A DNA stretch of 64,000 nt from a virus (taxonomy: Duplodnaviria; Caudoviricetes). Shown piece after piece: positions 19,401 through 25,913 of the stretch. Positions within the stretch are counted from its first letter, which is position 1. Each line of letters opens with the position of its first letter. The notes beneath the pieces were generated by a model, which worked only from the letters and a program-made list of their open reading frames with translations, was not told where the DNA came from and ran no database searches. The stretch covers positions 1 to 64,000 of IMG/VR virus record IMGVR_UViG_3300013901_000014, one strand, 5' to 3'. A program made the translations under genes and the position numbers.

Positions 19401-22400
19401 CAAATACCGCATCATAGAAGACGAAGTCCCGGCCAAAGACCTTTGGTGGGACGGCAACGATGCCAACGAGTTCGGATATGATGACGGCAGGGGGTACAAG
19501 TACAAGAACACCAAGAACAACAGAAAGCTGAACGACTTGGTGACGCGCGATGATGACGGCAACATCATTCCACCGTCAAAGCGTTTTAACGAGCGTGAGC
19601 AAGATGTGCGCTATTCGCTGCGCCACGTGTTTGGCGGCAACAGCGGCTATGTGGGCTACTCGATGAGCAAGCGCGCGGCGCAGGCGCGTGAGGACGGACG
19701 CTATCCGAAAACCGACTTCCGGAAGGAGTACAGCGTGACGCCGAAGACCTTTGACGCGCTTGTGGACGCTGGCGTGATTGACAGCGGCGAGTGGCACCAC
19801 ACCAGCATGTATGGCAACAAGACTCCGTTCTACGGGTGGAAGCCCATGTATGACGCAGTGTATGCCGCCAACAAAAAGGAAGTTGACAAGATGGCGCGGA
19901 CCCTCAAGATGCAGCAGACTGAGGCTGAGTTTTCGGACTACCTTGACAACGACAACCCTTACCGCTACCGTCCCACTTCGGAGGAGTACCAGAAGAAGAT
20001 GGGCGATATAGACCGGCAAGAGAGTCATGCCGCCAGAGACATAAACCTGATGTATGACGATGCCTACAACCCTGAGACCGAGCGGAAGAGGATGCAAGAG
20101 CTTCAATCGCTACGCGAAAAGAGCGGCAAACTTAAAGACGAGGTGCGCCGCCAATACCCCGAGGACGCAGCGATAGAGGCCGAAAACAGGAAAGGTGTCG
20201 ACTGGCACGTTGAGCAGATTGAGAAGCGCAACAAGGAGAGAGAAGCCCTAAGGCAGAAATTCCATGATTACTTTGACGCGAAGCGCGACGAGCTCGTGTA
20301 CGATGAGATGGAAAAGGCTGGCATACTCACTATGGGCGCGGACGGCCCGCATTGGAGCAAGCCTAAATATGCAGAGATATTCAACCATTATAAAGACGCG
20401 GCCATTGACACCATCGCAGAGGCAATGGCTGAAAGGCTGAAGAACCCCTACGACGAGGACTATGCCGAAGGGATTTCCGAATACCGGAAAGACCTGCAAA
20501 AGGTCAAGGCTGACAAATGGGCTGAAGGCAACGCCTTGAATGCAAAGTATAGGGACAAGGAGTTCCGAAAGCAACACCCTGACTACTACAAGCGAGAAAA
20601 AATGCTTGAAGAGGAAAAAGAGCGGCTCAGAGAGAAGTATGAGGCTCTTGAGGAAGATGTGCTCAAGCGTCACCCGGAGGAGTTGGAACGTAGGCAGAAA
20701 GCGTTTGAGTGGCCATCTGATGAGGAGGCGCAGCAACAAGCCCGAGAGAAACTACTTGCCGAACGCTTGCAACAGTTCTTTGAGGAAGACACCGCCGACC
20801 CGGACGAGGGGAAGAAGTTTCGTCTGCTGGACGATGACGACCCGCAGGCTCAGGAGCTGTCGCTGCCCGAAGGCGAGCCCAAGGAGACGCTTGCGCAGGC
20901 CATGGTGCGCCGCGTGAAGGAGCTGGCGGCGAAGCTTGGCGCGAAGGTGCGCATCGTCACCAGCGCCGATGATCTGCCCAAGACTCCGGGCAGCCGCCAG
21001 CGCAGGATGAAGGGCATGTATGACACCCGGACGGGCGAGGTGACAATAGTGATTGGCAACCACGAGAACCTTGCCGACGTGGAGAACACGGTGCTTCACG
21101 AGGCTGTGGGGCACAGGGGCTTTCGCGTGCTGTTTGACACCAAGGAGAAGTTCGACCACGCCATGGACGAGCTGTACCGCGTGTCGGGCGGGAAAATCAG
21201 GAAGTGGATAGACGACAAAGTGCGCAAGCTGTATGACGACGAGGTGGACCGCATAATGGAGCGCAAGCGCAAGGAGCGCCGCGCCAGGGGCGAGGGCCCG
21301 AGCGAGCACCATTTGGAGGACATGGCCGCGGCCGCCATCGAGGCGAGCAAGAAGAAGGACCAGTTCCGCCGCGAGGCCACCGAGGAATACGGCGCCCGCC
21401 TGGCTGGCCGCATAGGCGAGAAGGGCTTTGAGAAGCTGAGCGCGGAGGAGCAGACCTTCTGGGGCAGACTGAAGTCGATGCTGCAGAAGGCGCTGCAGCG
21501 ATTGGCCGAGGGGCTGAACATCACCGGCAGGCACGAGTGGACCGACAAGGACTGGGCCTACGTGCTGCACGAGGCTTACAAGCGCGAGAAGAACGGCGGC
21601 AAGCCGAGCATCTTTGACGAGGCCGACACCATAGCCATGCGCATGCGCACCGGCTTCGGCGAGGGCAAAGAGGAAGGCCGCAAGATGACCACCCTATCAG
21701 GGGAAGAGGCCAAGCAGGCTCTTAATGAGATTTTCAGCGCGGAGTCACATACGGTCAAGCCAGAGAAGATTTCGTCTCTTGCAAAGTTTAGGGATATATT
21801 CAGTAAGCCGATACGCACGTTTTTGGGTGAAGTTATAAAGGTCAAGGATGCCGTGTGGAACAAGGTCCTCCGCGAAAACCGACAGAACATTTCCGGTGCA
21901 ATACTGCCCACTTTGCAAAATGCGGACTTCGCCATCCGTGATACGGACGGAAGCATACTGTATGTGAAGCGGTTCTTGAACAGTACGGGAGAATCCACCT
22001 ATAACGTGGCGGTTGTAAACAAACATGGCGAACTGGAGGACTACATCAGTTCTGTTCACATAAAAACAAATAACAACCTGCTGAACAAAATAGGAAAAGG
22101 TGCCGAACTGCTAATACCGGAAAACCGGAATGGCTATGGGCACGAAGTCCCAAGCAGTTCAACACCCGATGCAAAGATAGACATAGAAAACGAAAGCGGC
22201 AACACTTTCGGCTCGAATAAGTACAAAAAATCTTCTGATGAGAACCCGGACGAGGGCATGATGTTCCGCGACGGTGACGATGACGACATTGGCGATGTGG
22301 ACCTTGGCGACGCTGTGGACAAGATGCGCGATGCGGCAGTGGAGAGCAACGCCAACAACCTGCAGGCCAAGCGCGAGGCGATGAAGGCCATAGGCGGCAA

Positions 22401-25400
22401 CCTGAGCAAGCTGCGTCAGGCTATGTCGCGGCAGAAGGTGTATGACAAGGGCACTGTGAAGAGCGTGACCGACATGGCGCGCGAGATGCTGCAAAACGGC
22501 ATGCTTGACAAGCTGAGCGGCTACGAGGCCAAGCGCATACTCTCGGCCGCGGCCAACGTGACGGGCGCGGAGAACACGGCCAGACAGATTAACAAGCTGA
22601 TGGACGTGATGGTGGACAACCAGCTGCGCAACGCCGGCGACACATTCGGCAAGCTGCTGCACTCCAAGGGCACGCGCGTGAACGCAAGCGGCGTGGAGGT
22701 GCAGGGCAAGCTCGACCCCGACGGCGCGGCCATAGTGGACGCCCTGAAGAAAGGCGTGCAGCTTGACAAGGAGGAGCTGAACGGGCGCATCGGCAAAGCG
22801 CTTGACAAAATCGGCAGCGAGGACAAGGTCATTGCCGACCAGGCCGCCAACGAGCTGGCCGGCCTGCAGCTGGCGTCCCGCTACGTGGAGGACATCAAGG
22901 GCAGCAAAGCCGAAGAGACAGAACTGCGCGAGAGCCTGAAAGAGGCCAAGGCGCAGAAAGACGCCGGCAAGATGAGCGCGGAGGCCTACAAGCAGTATTG
23001 CGAAGCCACCGAAGATGCCATACGACAGAACAAGATAGAGCGTGCCGACGCCTACCGACAGCTGATTGCACAGCTTGGCGGAGTGATGGGAGAAAGCGCA
23101 GAGCGCGCCAAAGCGTGGCGGGAGGCCGAAAAGCAGCGGGTGCAGGACATTCAGCACAACGCCAACTCGGACATGCAGGGCAGGCCGTGTAACGAGCACC
23201 ACAAACCATCATCACTACAGAAGTTGTGCAACAGCGACCTTATAAGGGGTCTCTTGATGCCACTTGCGACCTTTGAGCAGATGCTGCGAATGTTCGGCAA
23301 CAAGAACGTGCACGGTGAGGGCTATCTGTGGAACCGCTTTGTGCGCGGCTGGCTCCGTGCTTCGGAAAACGAATACAGCGGTTACCGCGACGCGCTGAAA
23401 GAACTTGACGACAAAGTGAGCGAGATATTCGGCAAGAAGATGCGCTGGGGCGACATATTCAGCCTTGAGCGCAAGCTGCCCACCATGGAGGTGAAGTTTT
23501 GGGACGGCGGAGAGATGAAGCCGCACACGCTGACGCAGGGCAACCTTGCATACATCTACATGGTGGACAAGATGAGCGACGGGCGCATGAAGCTGCGCGC
23601 GATGGGCATCACCGAAGGAGATGTGGAGCAAATCGCAAAAGCACTTGACCCGAAACTGAAGAAACTTGCCGACTGGATGCAGGACGAGTTCCTGGTGCAG
23701 AGGCGCAACAAGTACAACGAGGTGCACAAGCGCATGTTTGGGGCATCGATGGCCGCCATTGAGAACTACTTCCCGCTGAAGATACTCTCGGGTGCACGCA
23801 CGGAGAACGTGGATGTGGCGGACGATACCGGTGAGCCTACAATGACATCCACCACCACTGGCAGCATTGTCAAGCGCCGCCGCAACAACCTTGCGCTCGA
23901 CATCACCAATGCAGACGCATTCTCGGTAATTCTTGAGCATTTGCAAGACATGGAGCACTGGGCCGCATACTCAGAGTTTAACCGCGACCTGAACACGCTG
24001 CTATCATACAGGCGGTTCAAGAACCAGGTGATGAACATGAGCAGCGCATACGGAGCCGGTGCAACACTGTGGAAAAACTTCCGCAATGTGTGCCAGCTGG
24101 CGGCTGGTTCATACCGCCCGCCGGTGGCGACACTTGACAAGACAATGGTAAACCTCGCCAAAGGCGTGACCGCTGCAAAGATTAGCTTCAGAATATTCAC
24201 CGCCATCAAGCAGTTGCTTTCGTTCCCCGCTTATCTGCCTGACGCGAGCGCAAGGTATCTGCTTCAGAACCTTGCGAACCCAGTGGGCGCATGGAAATGG
24301 AGCATAGAGAACCTGCCGCTATTCCACAAACGATGGAACAGCCGCATGGCAGGCGACCCGCGACTGCTTAAAACTGAAATGGACTGGAAGATGTGGCGCA
24401 GCCGCGTGGTGCAAATGGCGTCAAAATACGGCATGAGCCCCAACGCATTTGTGGATGCGGTTACCGTGGCAATGGGTGCGCACGCCATCTACAAGACCAA
24501 ACTCGCCAAGTACCTCAAGCAGGGCTATGACAAGGACAAGGCCGAAGAGAAGGCGCGCCAAGACGCGGAGATTGCATACAACCAGACACAGCAGTCAAGC
24601 GAAGGTGCGTTCTTGTCGACAATGCAGGCCGACAGAACGTGGGGCAGCGTGCTGTTCACAGTGTTCCGCAACTCGGCAATGTCGTACACACGTCAGGAGT
24701 ATGACGCGCTGCGCAACCTTGCGCGCAAGTTGACCACGAAGGGGTACAAGGAAAAGAGCATTGGGTTTATGGCAAAGCAGATGGTGCGTGACGGCCTTGA
24801 CGAAAACACCGCATGGAGGAATGCAAAGCGCACATACAGCCGCTCAATATGGCGCGAGTTTGTGCGGGTGGCCACGTTCGGCTACATATTGCAGCTTGCG
24901 TGGAACCTTGGCGCATACTTGCCGTATCTGTTGCTCGGAGACAACGACGACGACAAGAAGAAGATGCTCGAAGACGCAGGACTTCACGCACTTGTTGGCA
25001 GCGTGGAGGGCTTGACTGGCGGTGACGTGCTGAGCACAGCCGGCCAGTATGCACTCACGGGCGAGGGCACTATTGGCAACTTAAAGAAGGAAATGCCACT
25101 TACCTCAGACTTGCATGCAATCTACCAGAGCTTCGACTACGATGCAGTGCAAGCCACCAACGACGTGCTGAATTTGCTTGTGCAGGCAGGCGTGGGCGTT
25201 AACCCGCAATCGCTGACCGATGCCGTGGTGGGCGTGATGGACTACTGCGAAAACAACCCGGCAGACGCGCGTGAGTGCGCATTGCTGATAGCGCGCATAT
25301 TCAACACTCCGCAGAGCCAGCTCGACAAGATTTATTTCGACGAGATAGACCTTGACGGCAGCGACGCACGCAAATTGTCGCCCAAGCAGATTGCCGAGCG

Positions 25401-25839
25401 CTACGCAAAATACAAACTAAGACGTAACACACCGCTCACTGCTTGGATGTATGGCGAGGACGGCAGAAAGGAGCGTGTCGCCAAGTATAAAAAAGCAGCC
25501 AACGATGTGGCAAAGGAAAGACTTTCGGCGTTGACCGACAGCCGCAGCGGTGAGGACTTCACAGACTGGCGCAATGAGTACAAGCAGACATCTGAAGGTT
25601 GGGGCCGCATAAACGGGCTGAAGGATACAGACCCCGACCAATATGCGGCAGAAAGGAAGCAAATCGCGGGAACACCGGCCGACACACGCTACCGCATAGA
25701 GAACCGCTACAAAGCACGCATCAACAAACTGACCGATGCGTGGCTTAAGGCCAAAACACCAGCAAGGCGGATGAAACTCGCCGATGCGATGGTTGCCCTG
25801 AAAAAGGACGAAGCCAAGCATCTTGCAGCGGGTAAGTAG
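7468..25839 (+). CDS. giant (6123 aa) polyvalent virion/ejection protein
   Basis: One uninterrupted ORF. Recognisable modules: GrpE-like (about 11240-11510), PBECR/RelE-like nuclease (about 12780-13220), LPD5-like (from 13822, IEDVGEHIAGARKD), LPD1-like HEWWH (15496), kinase (about 16620-17110), ART-like VYHGS (about 17176-18050), HEYAH (18154), ART-like KVYRAVP (about 19280-19490), HEAVGH (21097), second PBECR-like (about 21690-22100). Confidence 0.9.
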   Translation: MAYDRLYKLYDALKEQNATSVDREAFHKQMSAPGFEGYQNRLQLYKELKANGYVDYPNYETFSAELGMHAAAPAKGAQKHQQRQQTTPAKPQSAKPQPTKPQQGWTAAQRKQAEAQLEQNAYDNARLSRQWQQQSQNAKRMQQRAKHIGTDFTGDFRAKAEARMAGIATPEPNMIGSSNNAAKATGVVIGDDGRAYNQYETDDGSLTTNVGDVIRANETRNLRERLNRHGLDPENVTDDDIMKMYADEAYDAALRADKTANQQAVDEDAGRTPLETMRRAVANYDDLDDEYSDVEREVKRAQRINPDAMVAETLRRMPPSVLSRLRRQYGLYYEQHPKELKRGQNAQQAAEEAIKGSIYQHVYNKLVAANAPKSTLEYLMRKIADQPLYSQHIANQTAAGAITGNHAQYLADEQAMSAYENEHPVTGFFGTVGNMAADPTMYIGGWVGSMASKAVARGIGRAVVKGASEKMAERLAGRTLAGRIAQGVAAGAGNLGFYEGSHAALRQDRTGEHSIGDVLAATGRGVLLGAATGVAAPLIGNVADKVVARTASTGGKLAVRTGETATSVLAEGTIFAAPELIENARLADGDPNKRSGWSIWAGSLGTMAGFKGKHLIESAPRVLAELRTDGARRGVGFEGRLRNMLDRTPADLQMTNADLQELRDRGYGGLADLYAQVRPPKLPSTPPEFRTTPPPLKDYAQYAQPEELGKNKDKDLDGYSAMQRLMDDHSVSAAVRAKAYYLLTGKMLPMPSVLSYDRTANDDGTITITALGAENPIPAYGSGPKSKMQEMGADVVVRKTFKSAKEADVYEAKVRRQIELNTVDVGEQLREAQVQDDALDAAIDAVYPEGNHELLKNQYWSGRVKSIKDAIDKYLESQLTANSPHNPHTIRRGIEEEYGVDIDKALKKEPNRRTQAEVEAVQEYANELYNFGGREETVENAQVGGSGQAGVPPAAGATSEEAAKSTTENAAEQAHEEGKKAWTDNDGADDDTALQGAVDEKAARAHAALDRLNELFDEEAVSVIKEDPNAMLSSPALSEEHRAAIQEYIEAMAGLDGVKEAAQKAAEQNQAEVENEVVKSTNKETKLLMPATMKDDSGKLVSIYVVDGKLVLNTSGGIDTQKSAQTIVVYDPNTGKYRFVDPHDILELGLPVSPDTAVQSAIDAIQQRHNGIFDHAEQAARQQKSLPAPTAEGGEGPKPPRGRKMVVKCLRELSEAKKPIDKLNAIARILYTVKYGSEGIITPEEQALVDKTLAELKEEGYEIVDKWEGQPYDEGMKLSSDTEFKLVEGENIWGVQDGETKIVGLNKPEVWNMKEETTQYRIGPNGERIPYKTKGRRLQSAAAIVVTRDDTGWSVTARRLEEVKGRLERLKKGQAPTKVIEHLEKDVAGLERQLAEEKKQAAARDKLKSLFTNEEITAIRKDPYAMLDSPGLSEEHRAAIREYIEAYNIKRKEPEGEASATGEGMTGSESTPAPEEKQPIQMGSGALGSIPKNEKGEPVYEQAEPSTAWQAILEQTEGDTDMAAGVVDSMIADKEAAVKKAKKAKPKHADTIAGKIAAEKERKAAIERAKAELEAWKKIAAAKAGHEKAVAERKAAEAKQQEAEQQTVQGQPTEPKQEEQPKADDEDAAERAIAVETDWNDKIDDYIVEHYPHIDGTRARTPEEQKLYDAEREALKNDKTYKEMIAARDAAIEKTEETKQQEQERHEAAVDQAEQPTKPEKADKPVKAEPTEAKEGKQSTEAEGEKPDGQNDGADSEMPEAGEGEDAGKNPSLGDVISTLYGKGKDFASRIFNMKFFDFAKTPDFMKRLGITGSKFTIRYGVIARHFGKDGSHDFTQSEWEQLPNAIGHPFAITRLADKEKGFRIYTTFKTEKGEYVVVGVDVKNAGRDVEVNAISTLFGRRNGAHLSENEQVVYRSEIITPEQESLLSRPNSDQYPPERESSEGKDNASGADTQEGGGKSAVAVKEKPEEKPKKDDDDDGPDGPTAGGAATGGKGKPESDSESEEVKKLRKEYDEACDHLEDVMTEWDDKIIDYIAEHYPTQATVSAETRSPKGIKEREAMDNDPVLKKMREERNAAVKKADEERYKAFKRMDAAETGKGEQEPASPSAAAEQKKPAERKIEDVGEHIAGARKDALAELSQSVADVTLESLIELPASKAFKRPDLKRAVKEGVLREEDARFAEAVMAAYLGAAKPKLKEGYRRAKSEAAVRAWAEHAKEGVDLLAKLFSLDEKGRDKYMAEVRARKMYSEEEVRERQRQLEQWNPGKKFNGTCYPLNPVDVMARVMERLGYEAGAKVALPVVAAAPDSGFGYYVLTTRNGKTYYPGRWLTTIDDVVDEIVYAAKVENADPDTDHPAGKFSVKGVGEVLTEHTGKWTVITQRSLSARVEQHTFGSKEEAEAFAEKYKAGGKNRYASAPEEEVRAAGYTQYEIVYRHDSPTKGTGVYMPTGKMYGSLEEARAAIDGEHDELNGIVNAKLAEEKGKGGEGRKKDYVKIVLYTEDGRTWKYGVVLDDKYAPKKTSTGSMPFYLGDGFGTRKEAQAFVDKHREEWDAKIADIEKARRDFVYFKGTGERTGQDWRKGADVSAEQLMEQFGFRGVQFGNWTNQRDRQAAVNGAFDALMDLAQILGVSPRALSLNGELGLAFGSRGGGSAKAHYEPDEVVINLTKTQGAGSLAHEWWHALDNYFARHGNVKGGMVTESKGIAMRDELREAFNALIDSVAGSDYNIRSRQRGASYWGRPAEETARLFAAWVSDELQKRGLSSPFLSDTDPGAAERYAEMMYRLYKAMYESRKAETGGKAMTFEEFKKTPLALSGFVFPGTEELAAFGGHLRNIFNTVQEKVDGQTGKTLLYHRGPVVAEPNEAEQALLEAVNGVLKDTGIEVVTDTDEGQKVLDAANGNDVKLEASHRSGEAEERNKMWRLIDRATAMFTGKTEKEAREARRKEMQKITAERKEMYDRVLSGNFDEVTLRQIDNYIDNFSPYNNEWRPISKRLPQKALRGLRKGERASAVDVLFSRISESAVPKNERAGAEGKRRIEEKKKELLKKWAIATGNWHTSVSDFTDAKEPLGSGKDSDVYQSKDGKHVIKVSKGKDGLKKFRPDIDAVTLFNYIFPESRYEILGYGEVDGKFVKFLKQPVVDFTGSKPLSAEERVAYMADMGFKPVNKEKTAFSNGTIVVADLQGNNIVRDKSGNIRVIDADVKLHTKDFGGQYSYPPVEADTALPQANNGGNEKPRMQKVYHGSGADFDEFDNSHMGEGEGAQAYGWGTYVTEVEGIGRTYAKATARYDDNSSEEVLNRVESLAADLIKDRFGFRPGLSVSARGDNYDLEIPSDKKTLEQIKSYFDEYPYMWNAKVDRELSSFNLDDAASRREFANWVYEIVEPFAADAVGYAQKEETASRHLYTVEIPDDNGENYIDYNGRISDIPSQKIDAICTELEKLGWKRKDLPSMVRLTDGYGNIVLNPNAAGADLYEEIKVALKSQKLASELLSRAGFAGIKYPAEYMSGGRKDGAKNYVIFNEKDARITDHVRFFRTSGGEAYGFTVGGKIYVDPRIATADTPIHEYAHLWGDMMRRVNPKAWGDIVRLMKGKGGLWDWVKKNYPELETDDEVADEVLAQFSGKRGAERLREEMRKTAEGSGSITEKAKAISALQRVKEALGRFWRGVAELLHIRFTTAEEVADRVMADLLHGVDPRKVSNDNRYNEFAEKHKVDANEVKDYATAIKDGNLMAANRALSEIRRTLRVAHREMNLQEFGKFFRPINQELAERFGDIEKLRQEHIAAAEREHNAMEAARKKAEEEEAKKRKRQEELSMLTADEIDKRYAEALERGDEAAAREMLDEAARRNGYGDTESDYQGVGAWVAPSNPGYESDEARRADVEDNAPDVNLEDMALGYNLQPDDYFTHPERYSQDTPHGRESTQAIHAALEALKRGDKDVKVKVYRAVPTSVKEGSLRNGDWVTPSRKYAEMHGKSRLEGKYRIIEDEVPAKDLWWDGNDANEFGYDDGRGYKYKNTKNNRKLNDLVTRDDDGNIIPPSKRFNEREQDVRYSLRHVFGGNSGYVGYSMSKRAAQAREDGRYPKTDFRKEYSVTPKTFDALVDAGVIDSGEWHHTSMYGNKTPFYGWKPMYDAVYAANKKEVDKMARTLKMQQTEAEFSDYLDNDNPYRYRPTSEEYQKKMGDIDRQESHAARDINLMYDDAYNPETERKRMQELQSLREKSGKLKDEVRRQYPEDAAIEAENRKGVDWHVEQIEKRNKEREALRQKFHDYFDAKRDELVYDEMEKAGILTMGADGPHWSKPKYAEIFNHYKDAAIDTIAEAMAERLKNPYDEDYAEGISEYRKDLQKVKADKWAEGNALNAKYRDKEFRKQHPDYYKREKMLEEEKERLREKYEALEEDVLKRHPEELERRQKAFEWPSDEEAQQQAREKLLAERLQQFFEEDTADPDEGKKFRLLDDDDPQAQELSLPEGEPKETLAQAMVRRVKELAAKLGAKVRIVTSADDLPKTPGSRQRRMKGMYDTRTGEVTIVIGNHENLADVENTVLHEAVGHRGFRVLFDTKEKFDHAMDELYRVSGGKIRKWIDDKVRKLYDDEVDRIMERKRKERRARGEGPSEHHLEDMAAAAIEASKKKDQFRREATEEYGARLAGRIGEKGFEKLSAEEQTFWGRLKSMLQKALQRLAEGLNITGRHEWTDKDWAYVLHEAYKREKNGGKPSIFDEADTIAMRMRTGFGEGKEEGRKMTTLSGEEAKQALNEIFSAESHTVKPEKISSLAKFRDIFSKPIRTFLGEVIKVKDAVWNKVLRENRQNISGAILPTLQNADFAIRDTDGSILYVKRFLNSTGESTYNVAVVNKHGELEDYISSVHIKTNNNLLNKIGKGAELLIPENRNGYGHEVPSSSTPDAKIDIENESGNTFGSNKYKKSSDENPDEGMMFRDGDDDDIGDVDLGDAVDKMRDAAVESNANNLQAKREAMKAIGGNLSKLRQAMSRQKVYDKGTVKSVTDMAREMLQNGMLDKLSGYEAKRILSAAANVTGAENTARQINKLMDVMVDNQLRNAGDTFGKLLHSKGTRVNASGVEVQGKLDPDGAAIVDALKKGVQLDKEELNGRIGKALDKIGSEDKVIADQAANELAGLQLASRYVEDIKGSKAEETELRESLKEAKAQKDAGKMSAEAYKQYCEATEDAIRQNKIERADAYRQLIAQLGGVMGESAERAKAWREAEKQRVQDIQHNANSDMQGRPCNEHHKPSSLQKLCNSDLIRGLLMPLATFEQMLRMFGNKNVHGEGYLWNRFVRGWLRASENEYSGYRDALKELDDKVSEIFGKKMRWGDIFSLERKLPTMEVKFWDGGEMKPHTLTQGNLAYIYMVDKMSDGRMKLRAMGITEGDVEQIAKALDPKLKKLADWMQDEFLVQRRNKYNEVHKRMFGASMAAIENYFPLKILSGARTENVDVADDTGEPTMTSTTTGSIVKRRRNNLALDITNADAFSVILEHLQDMEHWAAYSEFNRDLNTLLSYRRFKNQVMNMSSAYGAGATLWKNFRNVCQLAAGSYRPPVATLDKTMVNLAKGVTAAKISFRIFTAIKQLLSFPAYLPDASARYLLQNLANPVGAWKWSIENLPLFHKRWNSRMAGDPRLLKTEMDWKMWRSRVVQMASKYGMSPNAFVDAVTVAMGAHAIYKTKLAKYLKQGYDKDKAEEKARQDAEIAYNQTQQSSEGAFLSTMQADRTWGSVLFTVFRNSAMSYTRQEYDALRNLARKLTTKGYKEKSIGFMAKQMVRDGLDENTAWRNAKRTYSRSIWREFVRVATFGYILQLAWNLGAYLPYLLLGDNDDDKKKMLEDAGLHALVGSVEGLTGGDVLSTAGQYALTGEGTIGNLKKEMPLTSDLHAIYQSFDYDAVQATNDVLNLLVQAGVGVNPQSLTDAVVGVMDYCENNPADARECALLIARIFNTPQSQLDKIYFDEIDLDGSDARKLSPKQIAERYAKYKLRRNTPLTAWMYGEDGRKERVAKYKKAANDVAKERLSALTDSRSGEDFTDWRNEYKQTSEGWGRINGLKDTDPDQYAAERKQIAGTPADTRYRIENRYKARINKLTDAWLKAKTPARRMKLADAMVALKKDEAKHLAAGK
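13228..13309 (-). ncRNA. candidate antisense sRNA with promoter inside giant ORF (after nuclease domain 1)
   Basis: Minus-strand TATCTTTG at 13302-13309; ACTCCCG-N2-CAGG / CCTG-N2-CGGGAGT closing stem; U-rich tail. Confidence 0.5.
16350..16380 (+). promoter_or_regulatory. consensus Bacteroidetes promoter internal to giant ORF
   Basis: TTTG (16350-16353), 19-nt spacer, TAACTTTG (16373-16380). Confidence 0.6.
16424..16621 (+). CDS. candidate nested out-of-frame 65-aa gene before the kinase domain
   Basis: Starts 43 nt after the internal promoter with A at -3; charged helical sequence; stop coincides with the start of the kinase core. Confidence 0.45.
   Translation: MNGDQFLNDFHRRHYEACEKENARVRSMYFSHEYLKAQSQRMNELVQKEREELRRKRKNSSKSGQ
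22099..22179 (-). ncRNA. candidate antisense sRNA with promoter inside giant ORF (after nuclease domain 2)
   Basis: Minus-strand TATCTTTG at 22172-22179; 14-bp stem GGUGUUGAACUGCU/AGCAGUUCGGCACC that is continuous only on the antisense strand (two U-G pairs), followed by UUUU. Confidence 0.6.
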
Positions 25840-25858
25840 CAGCAAGTAAGTAGTTAAA

Positions 25859-25906
25859 CAGAGAGTGGGTGCAATAATGACTAATATTGCACCCACACTG
25901 TTTTTG
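25859..25906 (+). terminator. terminator/attenuator between giant gene and portal
   Basis: GTGGGTGCAATA/TATTGCACCCAC 12-bp stem followed by TGTTTTT. Confidence 0.75.
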
Positions 25907-25913
25907 CATACTT

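Noticed and set aside
8458-24209. Long minus-strand ORFs within the giant gene (e.g. 13243-14640, 22159-23202)
   Set aside because: Antisense shadows expected from GC-rich codon usage; no motifs or initiation context.
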